In this document: piece after piece, positions 10,979 through 20,240 of the stretch
Layout of the letters: each line of letters starts with the position of its first letter
Numbering within the stretch: position 1 is the first letter of the stretch
NCBI GenBank assembly: GCA_963662285.2
Contig: CAXXMV010000006.1
Coordinates: 640,001-704,000 of the forward strand
DNA: 64,000 nucleotides
Source of the DNA: a bacterium
GTDB taxonomy: Bacteria; Hinthialibacterota; Hinthialibacteria; Hinthialibacterales; Hinthialibacteraceae
Direction: 5' to 3'
Program-made: the position numbers and the translations under genes
Notes under the pieces: model-generated
Told to the model about the DNA's origin: nothing
The model's database searches: none
Seen by the model: the letters and a program-made list of their open reading frames with translations, nothing else

Positions 10979-11049
10979 ATTGTAAATACTACCCGGCAAA
11001 ATGAGTTAGACGCACAACAAGTAGTTCTGAAAGGATTTATAGCATAACT

Positions 11050-11649
11050 GTGCGAGACCCACTTTGGATTTCTTTTCCCCGCTGGATTCAGGAGAGTGAT
11101 ATTCCCCGTCTACTTGTAGAACAGACGGGTTTGGAAGGCTGGATAGTCTTCTGTAAATTGGTTGAATTGGATTGTGAAACCAACCTGACTCCTGATTGGT
11201 TTAGTTTTACTGTAGATAAACTGGTTCATTGGACCGGGCTTCAACCAGATTTCATCAACCAGGCATTAAACGGATTAACTAATAAGGGCTGGATTGCCAG
11301 GAATAATATTGAACTGAAAGTGCAGGATGCCCGAATATCGACTCCACTGCCCATAACCATAGATGAAGATGAAATACGCCAGCGCCTGGCGGGGCAGGAA
11401 GTCGGAGGCCGGTTTGTCTTGCGTTATTTGCATAACCTGGGAATGATGGAAAAAGTCGAGCGGGTTATTTTTCTATATCAAATGATTTTCGGCGCCCGGT
11501 TCTCTCCTCGAATTGTGGACGATCTTGAAGAGATCGCCAATACTTACCCTATGGATATCATATACCAGGTTTTCCAGGAAGCTTTCCAAAAAAAAGTAAA
11601 AACTCTATCCTGGGTCAAAACCCATTTACCCGGCGCCGCTGAAGGTTAG
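11050..11649 (+). CDS. Hypothetical protein with DnaD-like C-terminal domain
   Basis: C-terminal FSPRIVDDLEEIANTYPMDIIYQVFQEAFQKKVKTLSWV resembles the DnaD/DnaB_2 domain; HTH-like N-terminus; precedes a DnaC-like ATPase. Confidence 0.5.
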   Translation: MRDPLWISFPRWIQESDIPRLLVEQTGLEGWIVFCKLVELDCETNLTPDWFSFTVDKLVHWTGLQPDFINQALNGLTNKGWIARNNIELKVQDARISTPLPITIDEDEIRQRLAGQEVGGRFVLRYLHNLGMMEKVERVIFLYQMIFGARFSPRIVDDLEEIANTYPMDIIYQVFQEAFQKKVKTLSWVKTHLPGAAEG

Positions 11650-11660
11650 TGCTCTTACCA

Positions 11661-11700
11661 ATAATGTTGGGTAACCAAGTCCCCTCTCCCGCCGGGAGGG
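11661..11700 (+). repeat. Repeat family B, truncated copy
   Basis: ATAATGTTGGGTAACCAAGTCCCCTCTCCCGCCGGGAGGG. Confidence 0.7.
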
Positions 11701-11757
11701 ATGCTGATTTTTACCCAAAAGTTTGGCCAGAATTTATTGCTATGAATAGATCAATAA

Positions 11758-11953
11758 GAGTGCCAAGGGCAGCGTCCTTTCTGCCCTTGACTGAAAACCT
11801 TGGAAAAACAAAATGAATCTTGATTATTTATAATCCAATTACAGATAAATGATATGGATTTTATTCTGTCTTCAATGTGTATTGTTGATATAAACTATAG
11901 AAATACAAAGGTGAACTAAATCAAGGGCAGAAAATACACTGCCCTTGCCACCC
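11758..11953. mobile_element. MITE/REPIN-like unit (196 bp) bounded by inverted family A palindromes
   Basis: TGCCAAGGGCAGCGTCCTTTCTGCCCTTGA ... TCAAGGGCAGAAAATACACTGCCCTTGCCACCC with an AT-rich interior. Confidence 0.65.
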
Positions 11954-12130
11954 GATGCCGGGAGAGGGCGGCTGCGAGAGAATGTGTTAAATATCTGAGT
12001 TATAATAATGCGGATACGAACGTTATAATACAAACCTCTCTAAATCAATTAAAATCGGGATAGAATGTTTGAGGTATTTGTGACATTATTACATTGCAGC
12101 GTTTAACTAAAGTTGATTTGAGAAAAGATC

Positions 12131-12904
12131 ATGAAGAAATTCACTCCAATTGCATCGTCCTTAAACGATGTGGCCGATAGAATCAGTAACCTGGATCACC
12201 TTCCAGACCATGATCCCGATGCCAGCAATTGCCCGCATTGTGATGGTTATGGTCACATTATCGATGAAAATGGCAAAGCCAGGCCATGCATCTGCGTGCG
12301 TAATGAAATTATTAAATCCGGCATCGAAGAAGCGCATATTCCAAATAAATTCAAAGATGCAACCTTGGATTCTTTTGATCCCTACGAATTCATTCTCAAA
12401 CAACGTCTAACTCAAGCCCGGCAATATGTTGAGAATTATTCCACTGACAATGCAAAAGGATTATTTATCTGCGGTACCACCGGAACCGGCAAAACCCATC
12501 TGGCTATCGGTATATTGAAGGGGCTAATTGAAAAAGGTTTCGACGGTGGATTTTTCAATGTCATCGAATTGCTTGATTCGATTCGCTCCTCCTTTGATCC
12601 AAACGCAACTGCGCCGCCAAGAATAAGGTTGACTCAGGAACTTGAACGCCAGATTATCATATTGGATGATTTCGGCGTAGAAAAAACATCCACCTGGGTG
12701 GTTGACCGTCTATACGCCATCATCAACCGGCGCTACCAGGATTGCAAAACCATTATTATCACATCCAATATTCACATGGATAATATCGCGGAACGGGTGG
12801 AAAGACGCCTGGCTTCCAGAATATATGATATGTGCGATGTTCTCGATATTCAGGCGCCTGATTTCCGTCAAAAAAACAATCAGTCTCAAGGTAGGCGCAT
12901 TTAG
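12131..12904 (+). CDS. DnaC/DnaI-like helicase loader ATPase (IstB-like AAA+)
   Basis: CPHCDG..RPCIC zinc motif, Walker A GTTGTGKTHLA, Walker B IILDDFG, IINRRY, IITSN, RLASRI. Confidence 0.85.
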   Translation: MKKFTPIASSLNDVADRISNLDHLPDHDPDASNCPHCDGYGHIIDENGKARPCICVRNEIIKSGIEEAHIPNKFKDATLDSFDPYEFILKQRLTQARQYVENYSTDNAKGLFICGTTGTGKTHLAIGILKGLIEKGFDGGFFNVIELLDSIRSSFDPNATAPPRIRLTQELERQIIILDDFGVEKTSTWVVDRLYAIINRRYQDCKTIIITSNIHMDNIAERVERRLASRIYDMCDVLDIQAPDFRQKNNQSQGRRI

Positions 12905-12966
12905 CCTTTGTATTTACCATAATCCGTTAATAATTATTTACCGATTCTCAATCAAGAGGAATATTA

Positions 12967-13944
12967 ATGAACGCGAAAAATACCAGTGATTTATCATTAG
13001 GCGAAGTTCGTAAAGCGGTAATTCCCGCAGCCGGATTAGGAACCCGTTTTTTGCCTGCTACTAAAGTTCAACCTAAAGAGATGCTGCCCATCATCGATAA
13101 GCCAACTATTCAATTCGTTATTGAAGAAGTGGTTCAATCCGGCATCACTGATATCCTGATCATCACTGGTAAAGGCAAGCGAGCCATTGAAGATCATTTT
13201 GACCGTTCATGGGAACTGGAAACCTCTCTTTCCTCTTCAGGCAATCAGGAAGCCTATGAAAGCATCACTGAGATATCCAATCTGGTCAATATTCACTATA
13301 TACGTCAAAAGGGAACCAACGGTCTCGGCGACGCCATCTATTACGCCAAGCAACATGTAGCTGGAGAACCTTTTGTGGTGCTGCTCGGAGACACCATAGT
13401 AAGTTCAGAAACTCCATGCACCAAACAACTGCTTGATTTTTACCGGACATGGCGCAGCCCGGTCATTGGAGTCGAATGCGTACCGCGTGATAAAGTAGTC
13501 AATTACGGCATCATTAAAGGTCAGGCGATTGATGACCGGACCTATATAGTTAAGGATTTGATCGAAAAACCATCGGTTAAATCGGCGCCATCAACTATGG
13601 CGGTGGGTGGACGCTATGTACTTACTGCCGATATATTTGATTACCTGGAACGCACTGAACCAGGTAAAAATGGAGAAATTCAACTCACCGACGCTTTACG
13701 CCTGATGTCTCAGGATCAGCGTATCTACGCCCATGAATTCGAAGGCAAGCGGCATGATATCGGCAACCGGCTTGATTACATCAAAACTTCAGTTGAGTTT
13801 GCATTGAAGCGCGATGATTTACGTGAAGATTTTATAAAGTTTCTCCAAAATGAAGTTCCTGAATTGATTCAACCGGGTAATCTTACTAAGAGTCTTCCCC
13901 AAAAAACAAAAAGAACCACCCGCAAAAAAACCAAAGAGAAATAA
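12967..13944 (+). CDS. galU: UTP--glucose-1-phosphate uridylyltransferase
   Basis: KAVIPAAGLGTRFLPATKVQPKEMLPIIDKP, IEKP, GEIQLTDA. Confidence 0.95.
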   Translation: MNAKNTSDLSLGEVRKAVIPAAGLGTRFLPATKVQPKEMLPIIDKPTIQFVIEEVVQSGITDILIITGKGKRAIEDHFDRSWELETSLSSSGNQEAYESITEISNLVNIHYIRQKGTNGLGDAIYYAKQHVAGEPFVVLLGDTIVSSETPCTKQLLDFYRTWRSPVIGVECVPRDKVVNYGIIKGQAIDDRTYIVKDLIEKPSVKSAPSTMAVGGRYVLTADIFDYLERTEPGKNGEIQLTDALRLMSQDQRIYAHEFEGKRHDIGNRLDYIKTSVEFALKRDDLREDFIKFLQNEVPELIQPGNLTKSLPQKTKRTTRKKTKEK

Positions 13945-14099
13945 ATACCGCGAGTAATATATCCCGCTTATAAATGTCAAGCAACCAAGTCCCCTCTCCC
14001 CGCGGGAGTGTAAAGGCCTGGGACATGGGTAACAGGTGTTCGGGGACATAGGTAACACATTTTCTGAGTGTATTCTAGCCTTGAAAGGAGGCGAAGAAT

Positions 14100-15266
14100 A
14101 TGCCCTGGAACGAGGTGGACCTTATGTCTCTGAGAAAAGAATTCGTATTGTTGAGCCAGCAAGAAGAAAGCAACATCAGCCAATTATGTAAACGGTTTGA
14201 TATCAGCCGTAAGACGGGTTACAAATGGATCAAACGGTACAAAGAAGGAGGAGTCGAAAATCTCCAAGACCGTTCCAAAAAACCCAATACTTGCCCTCAT
14301 CAAACAGATAAGTCTATCGAGCAAGCCATTACAGAAAATCGCGAAAAAGGATGGGGAGGACGCAAAATTCGCTCTCGTCTGATTCAATTGGGATACGAAA
14401 ATGTTCCTAGCGCCAGCACTATTACTGCCGTGTTACGCCGACTGGGATTGCTGGATGAAAAGGAAAGTCACAAGCACAAAGCCTATAAGCGTTTTGAAAA
14501 AGATACGCCCAACGAATTGTGGCAAATGGATTTCAAAGGAGATTTTCCCACGCTCAAAGCACGCTGTTATCCGCTCAGCATTCTGGATGATTGCACGCGC
14601 TTTGTTCCCGGATTATTTTCGTGCGCCAATCAGCAAAGGGAAACCGTGCAAGACTCCCTGGAAAGCGTGTTCAGGATGTATGGTATGCCTCGGGCGATGT
14701 TGATGGATAACGGAAGTCCGTGGGGAGGATGCAAAACCTGCGAATACACCAGATTGACAATATGGCTGATACGATTGGGTATTCGCGTGTATCACGGTCG
14801 CCCCTACCATCCGCAAACCCAAGGCAAGGTCGAGCGATTTCACCGGACCTTTAAGCAAGAATTGCTGATAAGGGAATCGTTTGTGGATTTGGAATATTGC
14901 CAAAGGCGGTTTGATGAGTGGCGTTATGAATACAATTTTGAGCGTCCTCACGAAGCCCTGGATATGGATGTCCCGGCTAACCATTATACGTCCAGTCCTT
15001 TTGTTTATCCGGGAAGTTTGCCGGATATCGAGTACGCGCCGGGCAGCATTATCAGGAAGGTGCAACAAGGAGGTCGGGTGGCGTACCGTGGTGAAGATTA
15101 CCGGGTGAGCCGCGCCCTGGTAGGATGCCCGGTTGCCTTGAAACCCGCTATGACCGATGGGATGATGGACGTATATTTTTGCCGACAAAAAATCAAGACG
15201 CTCGATCTGCGTTTGAATGAAATCAAAGAAGATAACTTGGCAATCCAGAAAAAGGCGTCACAATAG
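14100..15266 (+). CDS. IS481-family transposase
   Basis: MPW.EV, ISRKTGYKWIKRY, WQMDFKG, DNGSPW, PQTQGKVERFHRTFKQE, YNFERPHEAL. Confidence 0.95.
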   Translation: MPWNEVDLMSLRKEFVLLSQQEESNISQLCKRFDISRKTGYKWIKRYKEGGVENLQDRSKKPNTCPHQTDKSIEQAITENREKGWGGRKIRSRLIQLGYENVPSASTITAVLRRLGLLDEKESHKHKAYKRFEKDTPNELWQMDFKGDFPTLKARCYPLSILDDCTRFVPGLFSCANQQRETVQDSLESVFRMYGMPRAMLMDNGSPWGGCKTCEYTRLTIWLIRLGIRVYHGRPYHPQTQGKVERFHRTFKQELLIRESFVDLEYCQRRFDEWRYEYNFERPHEALDMDVPANHYTSSPFVYPGSLPDIEYAPGSIIRKVQQGGRVAYRGEDYRVSRALVGCPVALKPAMTDGMMDVYFCRQKIKTLDLRLNEIKEDNLAIQKKASQ

Positions 15267-15267
15267 A

Positions 15268-15426
15268 AATTGGTTGGGCGAAACGGAAGCGGGCGCTGCA
15301 GGAGTGCAACCCGCCAGGGATAGCCGATCCGAGGTGCGAGGGATAATGCAGGAGGTGAAATATTCACCTCCTCCCTCTAAGCCAACCAATTATCCTGAGC
15401 ATCTCTAGATGCCTAAAAAAAAACTC
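15268..15426 (+). ncRNA. Candidate structured ncRNA in the IS481 3' region (family not recognised)
   Basis: Nested stems; core GAAACGGA-stem-GCAGG loop-CAA bulge-stem-AGGGATA is shared, with covariation, with 57041-57100 (minus strand). Confidence 0.6.
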
Positions 15427-15572
15427 AAACAATAACCTGGGATAAATCCCGGTTTTGATAAAAAACTGTAACCCATGTCCCCGAACATGTGTTACCCATC
15501 TACCCGGTCTGTACAGGGAGAGGGTCAGGGTGAGGGGGGAATCTCCCAACACCCTAACTAATCAATCATCTA

Positions 15573-16823
15573 TCACTTTAGGTTAATGTATTCTGTTCCA
15601 GATTTTACATTATCATTCCGCCAAAAGTCGGCATGATATTCGCCGCCGTCCGAGTTCCATATTTTTGATACGATATCGATATCTCCATCACCGTCCACAT
15701 CGCCGATCTGGGCTTCATGCCATCCGGGGTTATCAATATGGAATACAACTGGTTTAAAGACTGGTTCTTTTTTTGTTCCGGTGTTTTCCCAGATGACTCC
15801 GCGTTCTTTCATGCCTGGAGGGCGCATGGGCAGTTTCCCGCTGCTCATCATATATGTGTCGGGATCTTCCTGTTCACCGCCAAAGATATCCAAATCTCCA
15901 TCACCGTCAAAATCAGCCACGCCCAACGAATGAAATGATCCAGTACCTTCAACATCGCCTTGCGCTACGGGTGGGTCGGATAATTTATGTTGTTTCCATA
16001 TTTGGCCTTTATCCAGATTTTCGATCCAATAGACATGCGAAAAACCTGTGTCGCAATCGCTGTATACAATGTCATTACGTCCGTCATGGTTCAGATCAAC
16101 CACCCAGCTGCGGGCGCTTGTTCCATAAGAGGCTTTAGGAATCAACACATGGGGCCACTGGTGCTGGTTCCATGTACCAACGCCCTGTCCCGGATTTTCG
16201 TACCACAGTCCAGGTAACACTACGTCAGCGTCACCATCGCCATCCAGATCGCCGATGCCGTTCGGGGCGTCGCCGCCATGAAAATCGTGGTCTTCGCAAA
16301 TGCGGTGTTTTTCTAAATTATTGGCCGTATCGAACCAAAAGACGCCTATATCGGCTACTATATCTTTTTTTCCATCGCCATTGATATCGGCGGCTACAAT
16401 GTCGTGCTTGCCGCCATCATAAGAATTTCCGGGCCAGGGCGTATCCGGTTTTTCTTTAAGATTGCCGGGATTTTTGAACCAGACATAGTTCATGGCTACA
16501 TCCAGCCAGCCATCATGGTCTATATCCAATACTGCCGCACCGAGACATTTATCCAGGGTTTTTGCGCTGCCCATAGTATGCTGAATCCATTTATTATCAG
16601 TCACCCGTTCATACCAGTACGCAGTAGCAACCGTGCGCCGGGATAGAGCAATATCCAAATCGCCGTCGCCATCAAAGTCAGCCAGCACCGGCCCGGATGT
16701 ACCCCATTTTTCACCCGGCAAAGGTTTGGCGATAGTGAAATGAGTCCACTGTGATACATCAGCTATTGAGTTAATAGAAAAAACTAAAATGAAAGAGAGA
16801 ATTGATAATAAGCGCATCTTCAT
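15573..16823 (-). CDS. Secreted FG-GAP/VCBS repeat protein
   Basis: Signal peptide; repeated D(F/I/L/V)DGDGDxD motifs. Confidence 0.88.
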   Translation of the reverse strand: MKMRLLSILSFILVFSINSIADVSQWTHFTIAKPLPGEKWGTSGPVLADFDGDGDLDIALSRRTVATAYWYERVTDNKWIQHTMGSAKTLDKCLGAAVLDIDHDGWLDVAMNYVWFKNPGNLKEKPDTPWPGNSYDGGKHDIVAADINGDGKKDIVADIGVFWFDTANNLEKHRICEDHDFHGGDAPNGIGDLDGDGDADVVLPGLWYENPGQGVGTWNQHQWPHVLIPKASYGTSARSWVVDLNHDGRNDIVYSDCDTGFSHVYWIENLDKGQIWKQHKLSDPPVAQGDVEGTGSFHSLGVADFDGDGDLDIFGGEQEDPDTYMMSSGKLPMRPPGMKERGVIWENTGTKKEPVFKPVVFHIDNPGWHEAQIGDVDGDGDIDIVSKIWNSDGGEYHADFWRNDNVKSGTEYINLK

Positions 16824-16981
16824 TGATTTCGCTCCAATTTGGTTAGATTATACGAATTTATTTATAAATATTGGCATAAATGGAATAACAATGCTACCTC
16901 ATGGAAATGTTATTGATCGAGATGATTGTTATGGTTCTGTTGTTCTTATTGGTAAAGGTCTTTGGGTTATCGTAGATTTAG

Positions 16982-17014
16982 TCAAGGGTAGAAAGGACAC
17001 TACCCTTGGCACCC
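16982..17014 (-). repeat. Palindromic repeat family A
   Basis: TCAAGGGTAGAAAGGACACTACCCTTGGCACCC (compensatory TAG/CTA stem). Confidence 0.75.
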
Positions 17015-17080
17015 GTATTTGGCGCCCGCAAGGGGCTGTAGGTGTTAGGGGGGATTTACATGACCAATTGGAAAAGTTAG

Positions 17081-18832
17081 TTAATTAATCTCCACTACCT
17101 TCCCATTTGATTCCATCGTAAATAAATGTGCATCTGGATCAATCATAAGACTCACGCCCCGGTATGGATACGCCTTTTCTGGCCGATAGGTTTCAAAGAA
17201 GGGACTGACTGCGATAGTGAATATCTCTCCCAGGCGATTATATACATACAGTCCACGTCCACGCGGATCAAGTTCCAGGTCTATAGCCATATCCAGGTTA
17301 GTCCAATAAGGCAGCAATGATTTAGCCACTGGCGGCGACTGGTGCGGTATGGAGGGCGATCCGCTGATTTGGTTAGAATGAACCGCGCCATACTGATCCA
17401 GCAGGTAATAACCATTTCCGAATGGTTCCAGTTCCATATCTACGATGGCTGGAATCTTAAACTGTAATTTATTGCTATCAGGAAAGATTTTGGGCTTCTT
17501 ACCTGCAATAATCATCTCGCCATAATTATTGATGATGAAAGCGGCTGAGTTATCAGGTAGAAACTCTATATCTACCGTATGATTATGACCTTCAGGAAAC
17601 GCTGCTATGTTTTCAAGAATTTCCAGCGGCTCAGAGGTCAGTATCTCACCGTTAGTTCGCAGAACTACATAGACTCCATCAACTATTTCCAGATCAATCG
17701 CGTCATTGAAATCTTCAGCTGGAGTCCAGTCGCGCCACAGATATCTTTCGTGGATGATATAAACTCTTCCCCAGCGGTCAAGCGAGTAAAAAGTTTTTGT
17801 TTCGACATCCATCTCCGCGTCCACCCAGACGCGGCTATTTTTTGCGTAATCGGGTCTAGTCTCCGGCATGTCCCACATGAATTCGTAATGCCATAGTTTT
17901 TTGAATAGATCAATATGTTTTGTGGGATAATCGCCAGCTGGAGGCAGGGCGTGGGCGCATAATCTGGGGTCGTTCTTGCGCATCGCCTGATAAGCCATGC
18001 GGTAGCGCATAAAAAACGGCCAATTCAAAAACTTGGGAATATCGCCTTTCACCAAAAGTCGGTCGTATACAAGGTTGTAATTATAAGCGGCTTGATATGG
18101 TTTGCGTTCAGCTCTAGCGATATCCTGGGGGGCGTCATACTTAAAGGGAGTCCACGCCCGTTCCAATCGACCCGCCTGATACCATAAACTCCATGTCTTA
18201 AAATTACCGCCCCAGACGCTCAGCGTTGTGAATCCCAGAATCAATAGTAATGGTATATGGCGCCTGCCCCGTTTCATCTGAGGCATTGATCTGGCAATAA
18301 TCGTTATGCATCCAATAACGGGAAGAACCATAAGCGAAGGAATAATTGAAGAATCCAGCAATGGCGCTTCTTGCCATAATTCAGTATGGGATATGAGTGA
18401 AGCAAGCCCTGCAACCATAAAACCAAAAAACGTTACTATCCAAATAGTCAACAAAAACACTGGATAAGCCCCGCAGGGACATAACTGAACCTTTGGGCGG
18501 TAGATAATCCCTATCAGCAGCAGCATAGGGAAGAGAACCGTCAACCAACCCAGTGAGTCTCCATAGCCGCGCAAAAAACCTAGCCATCCAATTGCATAAG
18601 GTATAGCGCATAACATGGCGGTTAGTAATGTATGGCTTTGTTCCGTCAGCTCCAGGCGCTGGTCATTTAATGCCCGCAGGCTGAGGTAAACGGTTAGAGC
18701 AAGTAGGATCAAATCTTCCTGGAAGGTGGTCTGGAATTGCGGAAGACAAAAAACTGTCAATGGCAGAACTACCGGAATCCACCGGGAGGCCTGTTTCCAA
18801 TCCACTTTTTCCATAAGATTTCCTGAAGCCAT
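17081..18832 (-). CDS. Hypothetical membrane protein with C-terminal propeller-like repeats
   Basis: Hydrophobic N-terminal third; repeats such as AIDLEL..GRGLYVYNRLGEI and GYYLLDQYGAVH. Confidence 0.7.
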   Translation of the reverse strand: MASGNLMEKVDWKQASRWIPVVLPLTVFCLPQFQTTFQEDLILLALTVYLSLRALNDQRLELTEQSHTLLTAMLCAIPYAIGWLGFLRGYGDSLGWLTVLFPMLLLIGIIYRPKVQLCPCGAYPVFLLTIWIVTFFGFMVAGLASLISHTELWQEAPLLDSSIIPSLMVLPVIGCITIIARSMPQMKRGRRHIPLLLILGFTTLSVWGGNFKTWSLWYQAGRLERAWTPFKYDAPQDIARAERKPYQAAYNYNLVYDRLLVKGDIPKFLNWPFFMRYRMAYQAMRKNDPRLCAHALPPAGDYPTKHIDLFKKLWHYEFMWDMPETRPDYAKNSRVWVDAEMDVETKTFYSLDRWGRVYIIHERYLWRDWTPAEDFNDAIDLEIVDGVYVVLRTNGEILTSEPLEILENIAAFPEGHNHTVDIEFLPDNSAAFIINNYGEMIIAGKKPKIFPDSNKLQFKIPAIVDMELEPFGNGYYLLDQYGAVHSNQISGSPSIPHQSPPVAKSLLPYWTNLDMAIDLELDPRGRGLYVYNRLGEIFTIAVSPFFETYRPEKAYPYRGVSLMIDPDAHLFTMESNGKVVEIN

Positions 18833-18947
18833 TACTAAAACCTTTCACCATGCTTTATCTGAATTATGTACAATCATACCTTCTTGATAAAGGAGAGGAT
18901 AACGCTATTGGACTTTTTCCTTACAATAATGATTCTAAAATAGTCCT

Positions 18948-19652
18948 ATGAAACAGAAACTTACTCCGGACGGTTCTATCGCTATCCTTATCCCTTGCTA
19001 TAACTGCGGCGACGCAGTTACTGATGTGGTTGATAAATGCAGGCAATATGCAGAGCGAATTCTAACCATTAATGATGGCAGTACGGATAATACGGCGGAA
19101 TGCCTCCAGCAATGCCAGACCGAGTCAATTGGCTGGCGCCATAATAGAGGAAAGGGCGCCGCTTTACGGGATGGATTCGCCCATTTAATACAACAAGATG
19201 ATTGTTCAGCCATCATAACCATCGATAGTGATGGTCAGCATGATCCATCGGATATCAGCCGGTTCGCGCAATTATTTGAGCAGTCAAAGGCCGATATCGT
19301 GGTTGGTTGGAGAAATTTTGATACGCCGGATATCCCCCTCATCCGTCGTTATTCCAATATCTACTCTTCCAGACTAATCGCCGCAATAACCGGCTGTGAT
19401 TTACGCGATTTGCAATGCGGTTACCGTTTGTTTTCTCGTTCCGCTTTGAAGCGCTTGCTTCCACTGATACATTCAGACCGTTACGCCGTTGAAACCGAGA
19501 TGATACTTATGGCGCATAAATTGGGCATGAAAATCGAAGAGACTCCTATTCAATGCATCTATACCGAAGAATCCAGCCAGCGTTCCTCATGGAAGCCATT
19601 GATAGACTCGTGGCATATCGCTAAAGTTGTGGCTCGTCATATTCAGATATAG
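18948..19652 (+). CDS. Glycosyltransferase family 2 (DPM1-like)
   Basis: LIPCYN, INDGSTDNT, NRGKGAAL, IDSDGQH, DLQCGYR. Confidence 0.92.
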   Translation: MKQKLTPDGSIAILIPCYNCGDAVTDVVDKCRQYAERILTINDGSTDNTAECLQQCQTESIGWRHNRGKGAALRDGFAHLIQQDDCSAIITIDSDGQHDPSDISRFAQLFEQSKADIVVGWRNFDTPDIPLIRRYSNIYSSRLIAAITGCDLRDLQCGYRLFSRSALKRLLPLIHSDRYAVETEMILMAHKLGMKIEETPIQCIYTEESSQRSSWKPLIDSWHIAKVVARHIQI

Positions 19653-19759
19653 TTATCTACATGTTGCTGTTCACTTGTTTCATGCAGTGAAAACGGATAA
19701 TTTCTTTGAGTTAGATTGAAATGTTAATTATTTAATGATATAAAAAGGAGACTTATAAA

Positions 19760-20164
19760 ATGAAAAGCGTTAGATTTTTACTGCCGCTGTTGATTATAGT
19801 TGGTCTGGTCGGCGCCATATCATTTGCCAGCGTTGATTTCAGCAAAGAACAACAGGGACTCTTAAAGCATGTGGTCTGCTTTAAGTTCAAAGAAGATGCC
19901 AAATCAGCTGAAATTGACAAAGTTGTTCAGGCGTTCAAAGACCTGCAACAGAAAATTCCTACCATCATCAATCTTGAATGCGGAACCAATGTCAGCCCGG
20001 AAAACTTAACCCGTGGCTTTACTCATTGCTTCATCCTGACTTTCAAAAGCGCTAAAGACCGTGATGCCTATCTGCTCTATCCCGCCCATAGAGCCTTTGG
20101 CGGCGTGCTTGGCCCGGTTATGGCCAAAGACGGCGTAATGGTTATCGATTTCTGGACAAAATAA
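19760..20164 (+). CDS. Dabb family (stress-responsive A/B barrel) protein with signal peptide
   Basis: LKHVVCFKFK, GTNVSPE, GFTHCFILTF, RDAYL..PAH. Confidence 0.88.
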   Translation: MKSVRFLLPLLIIVGLVGAISFASVDFSKEQQGLLKHVVCFKFKEDAKSAEIDKVVQAFKDLQQKIPTIINLECGTNVSPENLTRGFTHCFILTFKSAKDRDAYLLYPAHRAFGGVLGPVMAKDGVMVIDFWTK

Positions 20165-20240
20165 TTTATTATCCAAAGTATTGTATGTACAAATAAGATT
20201 TTATATTCATGAAATTTTGGAAATGAGGAGATTTGGAATT

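Larger units (their letters stand above)
14009..15515 (+). mobile_element. IS481-family element, copy 1 (1507 bp), inserted in a family B repeat
   Basis: TGT...ACA ends with tandem subterminal repeats (GGGACATGGGTAACA); 5-bp direct repeat GGGAG on both flanks. Confidence 0.93.

Noticed and set aside
12131-12904. IS21 IstB helper
   Set aside because: No IstA or IS21 ends nearby; the N-terminal zinc motif fits a DnaC/DnaI-type loader
14613-15188. 191-aa antisense ORF (and copy at 33845-34420) and other short overlapping ORFs
   Set aside because: Shadow frames of well-supported genes with no recognisable motifs
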